A DNA stretch of 58,770 bases. Origin: a virus (taxonomy: Duplodnaviria > Caudoviricetes). A program made the position numbers and the translations under genes. The stretch lies in IMG/VR virus record IMGVR_UViG_3300045996_001447, positions 1-58,770 of that record. The stretch is one strand, 5' to 3'. Positions 43,846 to 53,166 of the stretch are shown piece by piece (position 1 is the first letter of the stretch; every line of letters begins with the position of its first letter). A model generated the notes under the pieces. That model searched no databases. It was not told the origin of the DNA and was given only the letters and a program-made list of their open reading frames with translations.

Positions 43846-44528
43846 AACGGCAGGAACAGCGGCCGGGCCACCGGCGCGGCCGCAGCAGCGCCGCGGATCG
43901 CGATCGAGACCGCCACCCACGGGTGCGCGACGGCGGCGACGGCGGTACGGGTGCCGGTCGCGCCGGACGCGGCGAGGGTCTGCCGGTTGTAGCTGGACGT
44001 GCTGTAGGTCGGGTCTAGCTCTACGTCCTCGGTCATCCCGGATGGCGGGGTGAGGTTGGTTGAGGCAAAGTTCCCCGCCGCGGTCATGAACGCGCACAAC
44101 AGCAGGTCGTCGTCGCCGACCGGGGACACCGACGGCGCGACCAGCGACGTACTGTTCGCGCCGGAGGCACCGGCCGCGCCGTCCACCGGCCCGGTCGCGT
44201 GCACGTCGGTGAGCACGTAGAGCCCGGCGTGCTGGGCCGCGTCCTGGTTGCGCGGCACGGTGACCGTCTGCGCGCCTCCGGCGGTCACCGACCGGGTCCA
44301 CACCTTGAAGTGCCCGAAACCCGACCCGCCGTCCGCTTGGGTCTGCTGGGCCCACGTGCCCGCGGTGCCGGTGGGGGTGGTCATCCCGGCCAGCGTGTAG
44401 TAGTCGGTGCCGTGGATGCACACCAGGAAGTCGCCGACGGCGGTGCCGGAGCCGGTGGTGAGGGTGAGGGTGGCGGTGCCGGTGTTGTCGGAGCCGGACA
44501 GGAACTGCCGCACCCCGGGGGTCGCCAC
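43842..44528 (-). CDS. minor tail protein
   Basis: T/G/A-rich beta protein at end of late operon. Confidence 0.7.
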   Translation of the reverse strand: MATPGVRQFLSGSDNTGTATLTLTTGSGTAVGDFLVCIHGTDYYTLAGMTTPTGTAGTWAQQTQADGGSGFGHFKVWTRSVTAGGAQTVTVPRNQDAAQHAGLYVLTDVHATGPVDGAAGASGANSTSLVAPSVSPVGDDDLLLCAFMTAAGNFASTNLTPPSGMTEDVELDPTYSTSSYNRQTLAASGATGTRTAVAAVAHPWVAVSIAIRGAAAAAPVARPLFLPF

Positions 44529-44531
44529 CGG

Positions 44532-45326
44532 TCAGTACCCCTTGACGTAGCCGATGACCCGCCAGCGGCTCGCGGACGACCGGTAGACGGCCTGGATGTA
44601 GTCGGTGAGCCCGGCGCCGGTCGCGCTCAGCGCGGTGATGTCGGTGCCGAACGCGAACCCGCCCGACCCGGACGCCAGCGACAAGGTGCGGGCCGACGTG
44701 ACGGCCGTGTGCTCGAGCACGATCACCTGGCCGTCGGTGGGGTTGGTGGGGGCGGCCACGTTCCGGTTCCCGGAGGCGGCGAGCCGGAAGTGGGTCCCGT
44801 CCGCGGCGTTGAGCGCCACCGTGGCCCCGTCGGTGAGGTCCACCGGCGGGTACGGCTTCACCGACAGCCGCGCGTCGTTGCCCTGCGCGGCGGTGCCGGC
44901 CGTGGTGCCGTAGGAGACGGCCAGAGACCGGTCGGCGGCCAGCGTGCCGCCACCGGACAGGCCGGTGCCCGCGGACACCGAGCGGGTGGTGGGGACGTAG
45001 CCGGACAGGTCGTGGGTGTGCCCCGAGGTGGCCGCGCCGATGTCTCCGGGCACGAGCGCGTCCGACCCGCCGGTGGCATGACTCGTCTTGTGCGCGGTCG
45101 GGGTGCGCGCGTTCGAGTTCCGGCTGTCGTCGTTGCGGACCGGGTGAGACGCGGCGCTCGGGACCGGGATGACCGGCGAGGACCCGAACGTCTTGACCCC
45201 GTTGACGGTCTCGTCGCCGGACTTGTGCACCACGGCCGTATCGTTGGCCTTGTCGGCGGACAGCGCCTTGACCGATGCGCCGATCGCGGCCACGACCGCG
45301 GCCAGCCGGGCCTCCAGTGTGGCCAT
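44532..45326 (-). CDS. tail fiber-like minor tail protein
   Basis: VVH.SGDET..G.KTF, GND.RL, H..SH..GGSD, AGTGL.GGG.L fiber motifs. Confidence 0.75.
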   Translation of the reverse strand: MATLEARLAAVVAAIGASVKALSADKANDTAVVHKSGDETVNGVKTFGSSPVIPVPSAASHPVRNDDSRNSNARTPTAHKTSHATGGSDALVPGDIGAATSGHTHDLSGYVPTTRSVSAGTGLSGGGTLAADRSLAVSYGTTAGTAAQGNDARLSVKPYPPVDLTDGATVALNAADGTHFRLAASGNRNVAAPTNPTDGQVIVLEHTAVTSARTLSLASGSGGFAFGTDITALSATGAGLTDYIQAVYRSSASRWRVIGYVKGY

Positions 45327-45358
45327 AGCTCACCCCCTCCGGGTGCGGAGAGGTGGAC

Positions 45359-46045
45359 TCAGACCAGCGCGGCGTTGTAGTCGGCCACGAGATCCCGGTC
45401 GGTGTTGCCGAGGTCGGCGGCCGCGGCCGCGGCGATGTTCGTCCGCGCCTGGGCCTGCTGGGTGCTGTTGAGCCCCTGCGCGGCGTCCACCCGGACCCGG
45501 TTGGCCAGCGCGGTGGTGATCGCACTGACGTCCGAGTCGGTGTCCTGGATCAGCGCCTGCAGCTCGCCCAAGGTGTCGGCGAGGGTGTCCGCCCCGCCGA
45601 TCAGCTCGGACTTGGCGTTGGCGATGGCCGCGGCGATGGCGCTGGCCGACAGCGTGGAGCCGGTGGCCGCGGGGGCCGCGTCGTCGATCACGTCGGCCAC
45701 CGCCGAGGTGATCTCCGTGTCCGTCTTGGACGACGACCAGGCGGTGGTGGTGGACGGGGCGCCGTCGTCGATCGCGTCGGCCACCGCCCCGGCGCGCGCC
45801 GTGGCGATCTCGGTGGACGTCTTGGACGACGACCACACCGAGGACGTGGACGTGGTGGCGTCGTCGATCCCGGACGCGGTGGCGATGGCTCCGTGGATCT
45901 CGTTGAGCGCGTTCACCAGCGACGTCTTGTCGGTGGTGGCCAGCGCGGTCAGGTCCGCGGCGTTGCCGTTGATCAGTACGCGTAGCGCCTTGTCCCCGGT
46001 ACCGCTGGCCTGGGCCAGCTCCTGCAGGCGGGTCTCCAGCGTCAT
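45359..46045 (-). CDS. minor tail / fiber-associated protein
   Basis: L.TTDKTSLV.A.NE, WSSSK repeats, DTL.EL, Q.QAR.NI. Confidence 0.75.
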   Translation of the reverse strand: MTLETRLQELAQASGTGDKALRVLINGNAADLTALATTDKTSLVNALNEIHGAIATASGIDDATTSTSSVWSSSKTSTEIATARAGAVADAIDDGAPSTTTAWSSSKTDTEITSAVADVIDDAAPAATGSTLSASAIAAAIANAKSELIGGADTLADTLGELQALIQDTDSDVSAITTALANRVRVDAAQGLNSTQQAQARTNIAAAAAADLGNTDRDLVADYNAALV

Positions 46046-46055
46046 CGTTCCTCCA

Positions 46056-46658
46056 TCAGAGCAGGGCGTTCCGGTACCAGAGCGTCAGGTCCGGGATGTC
46101 GTCGTAGGCGGGGTGCGGGTCGGGATCGATCGCATGGGCGGCGATCGATGTGCCGATCTCGGCCGTGACCTCCACCCGGGTCGGTCGGTCGGCGATGGCG
46201 GCCCGGTCGGGGCGGAACCGCCCGTCGGTGCCGCGGCGCAGCGCGACCGGCAGGTCTACCGGCGCGGTGTCGGCGTCCACGATCACCGATCCGCCGGGGG
46301 CCGGGACGTCCGGGCCGTCGGGGTCCTCGGGGTCCCCGCCGCCCGGGTTGACCGTGGCCCCGGCGGTGATGGCCAGCCGGGCGCCGAGCGCCACGGTGTA
46401 GTCGCCGCCCTCGGGCAACCGGACCGCCTCGGGCGCCCAGTGCTCCCCGGGACGCGGCTCGGCGCGGGCCACCAGGGTGCCGTTGACCCGGATCGCCCCG
46501 ACGTCCTGGTCCAGGTACTCCAGCTCCACGGTGCTGGCACCGACCCAGCGGGTGCCGAGGGCCACCGGGTCACCGGTGAGCGGGTCGTCCAGCGTGCGGG
46601 TGTCGGCGTAGAACACCCGGTCTACCGCCAGGATGAGATCACGCACTGTGCCGGGCAC
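46056..46658 (-). CDS. virion-associated hypothetical protein
   Basis: GGAGG RBS; C-terminal H..DP.PHPAYDD.P.L. Confidence 0.65.
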   Translation of the reverse strand: MPGTVRDLILAVDRVFYADTRTLDDPLTGDPVALGTRWVGASTVELEYLDQDVGAIRVNGTLVARAEPRPGEHWAPEAVRLPEGGDYTVALGARLAITAGATVNPGGGDPEDPDGPDVPAPGGSVIVDADTAPVDLPVALRRGTDGRFRPDRAAIADRPTRVEVTAEIGTSIAAHAIDPDPHPAYDDIPDLTLWYRNALL

Positions 46659-46968
46659 GGCTACCCCCTCCGCTGTGTGGGTCCTCGTCACCGCGCATCC
46701 GCCGGACCTCGGCCCAGCCGATCAGCGCCACGCCGATCGCGCCGGCCACAAGTTGCCAGGTGACCGGCTCCCCGATGCGCTCGATCCGCGAGCCGACGAT
46801 GGTTACCAGCACGAGTCCGACGCCGGCCCGGCGCAGCCTCCGCGACAGCGGGGCGCCGGCCCAGCCCCGGCACATCGCGCCGATCAGCAGCAGCGCGACC
46901 ACCGTCGTCAGCAGCCGCGCCACGTCAAGCAGCGCGATGATCGGCGTCCCGAACGCCCCGTGTGGCAT
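46639..46968 (-). CDS. membrane protein (holin-like accessory)
   Basis: three hydrophobic segments in lysis region. Confidence 0.6.
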   Translation of the reverse strand: MPHGAFGTPIIALLDVARLLTTVVALLLIGAMCRGWAGAPLSRRLRRAGVGLVLVTIVGSRIERIGEPVTWQLVAGAIGVALIGWAEVRRMRGDEDPHSGGGSRARHSA

Positions 46969-46971
46969 GGC

Positions 46972-47379
46972 TCAGCTCGTCCAGGTGTCCCCGTGGGCCA
47001 CCACGCCCGAGTCGCCGCAGGTCTCCGCGGCCGTCACGGGGCCGGCGACCGGGACGTCCGGGGTCAGGACGTTGCCGAGGTTGTCCCGGGGGCTGGCCAC
47101 CGGGGTCACGTCGTCCTTGGCCGCGGCCACGGTGCGGAACGAGGCCACCACGCCGGTGATCAGCGGGAGCACGCCGGCCACCACGGTGCCGACCGCGGTG
47201 ACGGTGTTCTGGGCCTCGGCCCCGGCCAGTGTGATCGCCTCGCCCTGTGCGGCCGACAGCACGCCGAACGTCACGAGCGCGGACACCACGCCGGAGGCCG
47301 CGGCCCAGGCGGTGCCCACCTTGCTGGCCGCGTTCTTGAGCGGGTTCGGGCGGTCGACGGGGGAAACCTGGGTCGTCAT
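46972..47379 (-). CDS. putative holin
   Basis: two TM helices, VTPV..PRD..G motif, just after endolysin. Confidence 0.65.
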   Translation of the reverse strand: MTTQVSPVDRPNPLKNAASKVGTAWAAASGVVSALVTFGVLSAAQGEAITLAGAEAQNTVTAVGTVVAGVLPLITGVVASFRTVAAAKDDVTPVASPRDNLGNVLTPDVPVAGPVTAAETCGDSGVVAHGDTWTS

Positions 47380-47492
47380 CTGCTGTTCCTCTCGGTGAAC
47401 CGCCGGGCTCGTACCCGGCGGACGATCTCGAACGCGTGACCGGCCAGCACGAGGGCCGCGCCCAGGGCGCGCTCGGCCGGCGTCGGGGTCAC
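47376..47492 (-). CDS. 38-aa peptide
   Basis: coupled at both ends. Confidence 0.4.
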   Translation of the reverse strand: MTPTPAERALGAALVLAGHAFEIVRRVRARRFTERNSR

Positions 47493-48463
47493 TTGGTCCG
47501 CCACCACTGGATGACCGCGCCGTCCGGGCAGGACAGCACGATCTCGATCATGTCGGCCGCGGGCGGTGCGCCGGTGACCCAGCCGAACCCGACGAACCGT
47601 TCCGAGCCGTTCGGGCCGACCGGGTGGTCCTGGTGGTCGTGCAGCGGGACGTTCGGGTTCCACGCCTTGGCCCGCAGCCACCACCGTCCAAGGTGGATCC
47701 ATCCGCCGCGGCCACAGTGGTCCACCTTGAGCAGGCCGGTACCGGGCTCGAACGCCAGCGGTACCCGGATGGTCGGCCATTCCCGCTTGGGCTGGTCCTT
47801 GGTGGGCTCGGGGGACTTGACGTAGATCATCGGGTCGTCTCCGAACAGGGGCTGGGGAGCGGGCAGGGGTGGCGGGGGCTGGCGCGGGGCGCCGGGTGCG
47901 TTGACGCTGGGGAGGATCCGGTCGCCGAGCCCACGGCAGCGGTCCCAGCGGTTGCGCCGGTCGGCCAGGCCGTTGGTCCCGCCGTTGATCGCCCGGGTGA
48001 CCCCGACCAGGTCTCCGGCGTCACACATGGCGTTGATCCGGGCGCGGGCCACGGTCCAGTACCAGACCGGCCCGAGGAACACGTAGCGGTCCGAGGCCAG
48101 CTCGGCCGGATGGTCCACAAAGTACGTCGGGGTGGGCACGAGGCCGCGGCCGTGCGCCCAGCGCGAGACCGCGGTGTAGTTGGCCCGGCCGGTGATCTGG
48201 ATGGGGCCGCGGCCCTTGAACCGGCGCCCGTCCCCGCGCACCGTGTTGCCGAGGTCGCGCCGGCCTTCGTACGCCGCGCCCGAGGCGATCTCCTCCATGT
48301 AGCGCAGCCCGGCGGACTCGTGGCCGAGCTGGGCGCACCACATCGCGGCACGGTTGCGGGTGGTGCACCCGGCGGTGAGCATCGCCGCGTTGCACGGACC
48401 CACGTAGCGCTCGGCCACCGCGCGGGAACAGCCCATCGCGCTGGCCAGGGTGGCGGTGTCCAT
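47489..48463 (-). CDS. endolysin, GH19 glycoside hydrolase
   Basis: AQ.GHES.GL.Y.EE, Y.GR.DLGN...GDG.RFKGRG.IQITGR.NY, INGG.NGL.DR. Confidence 0.92.
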   Translation of the reverse strand: MDTATLASAMGCSRAVAERYVGPCNAAMLTAGCTTRNRAAMWCAQLGHESAGLRYMEEIASGAAYEGRRDLGNTVRGDGRRFKGRGPIQITGRANYTAVSRWAHGRGLVPTPTYFVDHPAELASDRYVFLGPVWYWTVARARINAMCDAGDLVGVTRAINGGTNGLADRRNRWDRCRGLGDRILPSVNAPGAPRQPPPPLPAPQPLFGDDPMIYVKSPEPTKDQPKREWPTIRVPLAFEPGTGLLKVDHCGRGGWIHLGRWWLRAKAWNPNVPLHDHQDHPVGPNGSERFVGFGWVTGAPPAADMIEIVLSCPDGAVIQWWRTK

Positions 48464-48870
48464 CAGTCCCGCAGGCGGTCCGGGTTCACGCCGGTCCCGC
48501 ACGTCGGGCAGCACACGAGGTCCGGCGTCGGTGCGGCGTAGGACTGGGGCGTCCCGCCTCGGCGCTCGTCGTGCTCCGGGGCCCAGTCCGGCGGAGGCCA
48601 ATCCTGGTCGGTCTGCGGGTCGATCGTGGGCAGCGGCTCGGGGTCGGCGTAGTGGCCGCCACCGTCCGCGCCCAGGCTGGGGTCGTAGATGCTGCGCGGC
48701 ACCCGGGGCTGCTGGCCCTGGTCGCGCTGGTCGTGCTGGTCGCGGTAGTCGGCCATCGGGGAGCCTCCGGCGTAGCTGGGGAGCATGTAGGTAACCGACG
48801 GGTCAGCGGGCGTCGGGTCCCAGTCCCAGGAACCGTCCGACCGCGCCGCCCACTGACCCATCGGGATCAC
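48463..48870 (-). CDS. hypothetical protein
   Basis: TGATG-coupled to lysin; alternative start 48756 with GGAGG RBS. Confidence 0.55.
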   Translation of the reverse strand: MIPMGQWAARSDGSWDWDPTPADPSVTYMLPSYAGGSPMADYRDQHDQRDQGQQPRVPRSIYDPSLGADGGGHYADPEPLPTIDPQTDQDWPPPDWAPEHDERRGGTPQSYAAPTPDLVCCPTCGTGVNPDRLRD

Positions 48871-49257
48871 TCAGCCCTGGGACTCGTCCACGACGACCGG
48901 GCCACCCTCGGCCGGGGGCTCCGGGAGCGGGTCCGGGGTCGGGGCCTCCTCGGTCTGGTCGAACAGGCCGGCCACCTGGTCGAAAGCGGACTTGGTGTTC
49001 GTGGCCGCGTCGGACTCGGCCACGTCCTCGCCCTCCAGCTCGGCGTTGCGCACCCGGAGCCGGGAGTTCTCGGCCAGCAGCTCGGAGATCCGCGGGCCCA
49101 GGTTGTCCCGGAGCCCGGCGGCCACGTCGTTGAGCACCTGCGACACGTCAGCCATGCCATTCCCCAATCCGTTGATCTTGCTTTCCACTCTCCAGACCGT
49201 GGCCTGGATGTCAGACAACACCTTGCGCGACAGGAACATCCGGTCCCACCAGCTCAT
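48871..49257 (-). CDS. coiled-coil hypothetical protein
   Basis: GGAGGGAG RBS, coupled. Confidence 0.65.
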   Translation of the reverse strand: MSWWDRMFLSRKVLSDIQATVWRVESKINGLGNGMADVSQVLNDVAAGLRDNLGPRISELLAENSRLRVRNAELEGEDVAESDAATNTKSAFDQVAGLFDQTEEAPTPDPLPEPPAEGGPVVVDESQG

Positions 49258-49628
49258 CGGCTCCCCTCCCTGTTGTTCCGGGCCCGCGCCGCGGCACGGA
49301 CCCGGCGGGCCTCCAACTCGGCCCGGATCGTGGGGACCTTGCGCTGAGCGGGGACCCGGGCCCGTATCGGCTGGGTGTCAGCGGCGGTCATCCGGTCCCG
49401 GTAGCCGGGGTTGTACTCGGCCAGGTGGGACAGGTTGCGGTAGAAGTGCGCGTCCGACTCGGCCAGCGCGAGGCGCTGGGCCGTGGTCATCAGCCCGGCC
49501 AGCTCGATCCGGTCGGCCAGCGCGATGTACCAGGGGCACCGCCCCGAGCCGCACTGGCCACAGTCCGAGCCGTCCCGGTAGTGGTCGTGGCGGTCGGCGG
49601 GATGCCCGCACACGCAGCGGCTCATCAT
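49254..49628 (-). CDS. hypothetical protein (C.CGH....H.HYR.G.DC..C)
   Basis: GGAGG RBS. Confidence 0.65.
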   Translation of the reverse strand: MMSRCVCGHPADRHDHYRDGSDCGQCGSGRCPWYIALADRIELAGLMTTAQRLALAESDAHFYRNLSHLAEYNPGYRDRMTAADTQPIRARVPAQRKVPTIRAELEARRVRAAARARNNREGSR

Positions 49629-50218
49629 GTCGGTGGCCTCCGGTCCTCGCGCAGCTCGTGCCGGCCGTGGCCGGTGGCCTCCTCCGGATCCACCGCGTCC
49701 ACCGGTTCGGTCGGCTCGGGCGCGCGCCGGGCCGGGCGTCGGGGCTCGTCCAGCACCGGGGTGCCCTCCAGGCGCAGCACGGCGTTGGTGGCCAGCAGCG
49801 CCACGTGGTCGGCCGCTCGCGGGCCGGTGACCCGGCGCCGGTTCATGGCCTCCCGGATCGCGGTCCGGACCTGTTCCTGGCGCTGCGGGTAGGCCCGGGT
49901 CCGCTTCCGCTGGTAGGCGCCGACCTCGATCACGCCGATCAGTAGCAGCAGCATCCCGACCGTCCACATGACCACGCGGGCGGTGGTGGCGGCCTGGGTG
50001 ACGATCTTGTCCAGGCCGTCGTAGAGCGCCCAGGCGGTGGCCGTGGTCTGGCCGAACGTCCCAACCGACACCTCGGCCACGTGCCGGGCGAGGATCCGCC
50101 CCGGACCGGAGCGCCGACGCGCGGCGTACAAGTAGCGGACCAGGACCATCAGCACCGCACCGGAGACGAGCGCGGCCAGCCCGGCCGCGATCAGGCGCAG
50201 CAGATCAGGTGTGCTCAC
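49625..50218 (-). CDS. membrane protein
   Basis: three hydrophobic segments; GTGA coupling. Confidence 0.65.
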   Translation of the reverse strand: MSTPDLLRLIAAGLAALVSGAVLMVLVRYLYAARRRSGPGRILARHVAEVSVGTFGQTTATAWALYDGLDKIVTQAATTARVVMWTVGMLLLLIGVIEVGAYQRKRTRAYPQRQEQVRTAIREAMNRRRVTGPRAADHVALLATNAVLRLEGTPVLDEPRRPARRAPEPTEPVDAVDPEEATGHGRHELREDRRPPT

Positions 50219-50907
50219 TCGGTCCCCGGGTCGGTGGTGGGAGCGGGTTCCTCGGACACGCATCCGAGGCCCTGCTGGCCGGAAGCGAACTGGACCGGCT
50301 GGAGGCTGGTCCCCTCGGGACAGGTCGGCCCCGGCGGGCCCTGGGCCCCGTCACGGCCGGGCTGGCCGTCGACACCGTCGCGGCCGGGCTGTCCGTCGAC
50401 ACCGTCGCGGCCGTCGCGGCCCTGGCACATCGCAGGTTCGGCCAGGCACGGCGGGGAGAGCCCGTCCACGCCGTTGGTGCCGGCCAGGCCGTCCACGCCG
50501 TTGGTGCCGTTCTGGCCCGCCAGGCCGTTGGTGCCGTTGGTGCCGTTGACCCCGGGGGTGCCAGGGGTTCCCGGAGCGCCGAGCCCGCCCGGCTTGCCGG
50601 GGGTACCGGGGGCCCCGGCATCTCCCGGGGCACCGGCGCGGGTGATCACGTACGGGCCGGCGCGGCGCGCGTCGTTGGCCGCGGCGCAGGTGCCCAGGTT
50701 GGCCAGCTCGGCCGACGCAGCCGAGCGCTGGGAACAGATCTCGGCCACCGGGGTGATGACCTTGTCGGCCTTGGACGCGGTCACCCCGGCCAGCCCCCAG
50801 CCGCCGAGCGCGGCCAGGAACATCAGCACGAGCCCCACGAGCACGGCGCGCGGGTCGAACCGGGCATGAGCAACGGCAGAACGCACCTGGGCAACCGGGT
50901 GGATCAT
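50215..50907 (-). CDS. membrane-anchored collagen-like protein
   Basis: TM helix then Gly-X-Y repeats, CP.G C-terminus. Confidence 0.8.
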   Translation of the reverse strand: MIHPVAQVRSAVAHARFDPRAVLVGLVLMFLAALGGWGLAGVTASKADKVITPVAEICSQRSAASAELANLGTCAAANDARRAGPYVITRAGAPGDAGAPGTPGKPGGLGAPGTPGTPGVNGTNGTNGLAGQNGTNGVDGLAGTNGVDGLSPPCLAEPAMCQGRDGRDGVDGQPGRDGVDGQPGRDGAQGPPGPTCPEGTSLQPVQFASGQQGLGCVSEEPAPTTDPGTE

Positions 50908-51209
50908 GGCGGACCCTCGGATCGGGATCGGTGGTGGCGCCCGACGTCAGGACGATCAGCGGCGGGTAACGGAGCAGTGGCCGAGGGGAACTCCGGAACC
51001 GGATCCGGGGCCGGGTCCTCGGGGGACGCGGGGTCGGAGGGCTTGGGGCCCTTGACGCCGGTGACGATGGCGCCGATCAGGGCGATGATGCCGCCGTCGA
51101 TCACCGGGTTGGCCGTGTGGCCAGGGATGACGAACTGGCCGCCGATATCGGCGCCCAGGTAGGTCAGCAGCACCAGAACCACGATGATCACGACAGGCCG
51201 GGGGATCAT
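50904..51209 (-). CDS. two-TM membrane protein (holin-like)
   Basis: GGAGG RBS; two TM helices. Confidence 0.65.
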   Translation of the reverse strand: MIPRPVVIIVVLVLLTYLGADIGGQFVIPGHTANPVIDGGIIALIGAIVTGVKGPKPSDPASPEDPAPDPVPEFPSATAPLPAADRPDVGRHHRSRSEGPP

Positions 51210-51287
51210 GTGTGCCTCCGGATGCCGGAACCTCCCGAGTAGGGGTGCCACCAGTCCAACGACCGGGGGCCAGGTGGCGGTACGCAT

Positions 51288-52580
51288 CTACCGACGTTCG
51301 AGAGCAGCAATGCGTTGCTCGATGGCCGCGGCCCGCCGTGCCGGGTTCGGCTTGGGCGCGTTGACGGTCACCGTGACGGCCTCCCCGCCGTTCGGGTCCG
51401 GGGTGAACTCCATCTCATAGACCCGCATGACCGCGTCCGTAACGTTCAGCCGGCCCGAGATCAGCCGGACCAGAACCCCGTCGCCTACCCAGCAGTGGTC
51501 CGGGCCCTGCCACCAGCCGCGCTTCATCGTGAACGAGTAGGACGGCCGGACCACCTGGGACTCCGCGAGTTGCCAGCCGATCCGGTCGTTGACCGCGGCC
51601 GCGGTGACCATGTCCGAGCCGATCACGGCCTCCCAGCGGCCCTGCGGCGCGGTAGTGATGTCCGCGGCGTAGCGCTCGTGCGGCGGGGGCTCGGAGCCTC
51701 CGCCCTCGGGCGCCTTGCCAGTCATCCGGATGGCGTTGGCGTAGGCGCCGGAGTCGACATCTCGGGTGAACTCGGAGGCGTTGCCCCCGTACTCGATCAG
51801 GACGTTGCGGTCCAGGCCGCGGCGCGGGTACCAGGTCTGGTACTCCAGGACGCGTTCGTTGACCGGCACGATGTCCCAGTCGAACCCGTCCTGGACCTCG
51901 GACAGTTCCTGGATCTTGGCGCCGATCTCGTCGGCCAGCTCGTAGGTGCGGTCCCGGGTGATCCCGGACGGCACCGAGCCGTTGGTGATCCCGAGGTAGC
52001 CGCCTCCGCCGGTGGCGTTCTGGGTCTGGGTGATCAGACCCCAGCCGATCGCGGTCTGGTCCACCCCGGTCCAGGTCTGCTGGGCGCCGGTGAACAGGTA
52101 GCGGCGCTTGAGGACGCCGCGGTAGTCGACCGAGGGCACCGAGAGCCGGTGGCTTTCCTTGGACCCCTTGTCCGACGCCTTGCCGATCCGGCCGCGGTAG
52201 AGCTGCTGGCGCGCGTCGGCCGGGGACCGGCGGTAGAGCACGTGCAGGTCGGTGGCCAGCTCGTCGATCCACCCGGCCACCGGGTCCCGGCCGTCCATCT
52301 CGAACGAGGCGTCCGAGGACTCGGTGAGCTTCACCGAGAGCTTGCGCATGGAGGTCTGGGGGATGTCGTGGGTGATCCCTCCCTCGCGCGCCGGCCCGAT
52401 CCCGAACAGCCAGGTGGACTGGGGCGCGTCCACCACCAGGGCCGGGGGCTCCGGGGCCACCTTGTCCGGTGGGGGCGGTAGCTCGGGCGCGCTCGGGCCG
52501 GGGCCGGTCAGTTCCAGATAGCCGGGATAGGCACCCGCGGCGCCCGGGTAGAAGTCCGGAGCGGAGGGGTAGGTGGCCAC
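51288..52580 (-). CDS. minor tail protein (baseplate hub / Gp37-like)
   Basis: 430 aa; GFDW.I.P, YPRRG, C-terminal RI.ALER. Confidence 0.75.
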   Translation of the reverse strand: MATYPSAPDFYPGAAGAYPGYLELTGPGPSAPELPPPPDKVAPEPPALVVDAPQSTWLFGIGPAREGGITHDIPQTSMRKLSVKLTESSDASFEMDGRDPVAGWIDELATDLHVLYRRSPADARQQLYRGRIGKASDKGSKESHRLSVPSVDYRGVLKRRYLFTGAQQTWTGVDQTAIGWGLITQTQNATGGGGYLGITNGSVPSGITRDRTYELADEIGAKIQELSEVQDGFDWDIVPVNERVLEYQTWYPRRGLDRNVLIEYGGNASEFTRDVDSGAYANAIRMTGKAPEGGGSEPPPHERYAADITTAPQGRWEAVIGSDMVTAAAVNDRIGWQLAESQVVRPSYSFTMKRGWWQGPDHCWVGDGVLVRLISGRLNVTDAVMRVYEMEFTPDPNGGEAVTVTVNAPKPNPARRAAAIEQRIAALERR

Positions 52581-53153
52581 TTACGGCCCCACGTACTCGA
52601 CGGCCAGGAACGTCTCGTATCCGGAGGTACCGTAGACCGAGCCACTGGAGCCCTTGACGTGCAAACGCAGCACGTCCCCGGCGGCCAGCTCCACCACCGC
52701 GGACCGGAACGTGGTCCAGTCGGTGGCGTCCGGCTTGTAGCCGAAGATCGTAGAGATCAGGTTGGTGGTCGGAGGCAGCGCGCTGTCGTTCTTGGTCACC
52801 GCGCACACCGCCTTCCACGGGGCGGTCCCGCCGGTCATGTAGATGCCCGCGCTCACCCGGTAGGGCCCGGTGGTCGGCACCGTGAGGCTGTCGTTGGCCG
52901 CGCTGAACGTGACCCCGCCCCGGGTGATCTGGGAGGCGGTCAGGTTCAGGAACGCCCCGTTGACGTTGTTGAGCCCCTGGGAGCCCGCGGTGTAGCCGGC
53001 GTGCCCGATCGGCTTGGTGGCCCCTCCGCTGGCCAGCGCGGTCTCGTGCTCGTCCAGCGCGTTCTCGATCCCCTCCAGGCTGGCCGCGGTGACCGGCGTG
53101 GTGGTGTTCGGGTAGTCCTGCCAGGTGGCGTTGCCCGAGGCGGGGTGCGTCAT
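52581..53153 (-). CDS. minor tail protein (C1q/TNF-like C-domain)
   Basis: W.DYP..TTP..AA.L..IE; VP.TG.Y.V, L.AGD.L. Confidence 0.75.
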   Translation of the reverse strand: MTHPASGNATWQDYPNTTTPVTAASLEGIENALDEHETALASGGATKPIGHAGYTAGSQGLNNVNGAFLNLTASQITRGGVTFSAANDSLTVPTTGPYRVSAGIYMTGGTAPWKAVCAVTKNDSALPPTTNLISTIFGYKPDATDWTTFRSAVVELAAGDVLRLHVKGSSGSVYGTSGYETFLAVEYVGP

Positions 53154-53166
53154 GGTCGGGAGCCCC

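Noticed and set aside
50330-50640. Short periodic repeats
   Set aside because: Explained by collagen Gly-X-Y coding.
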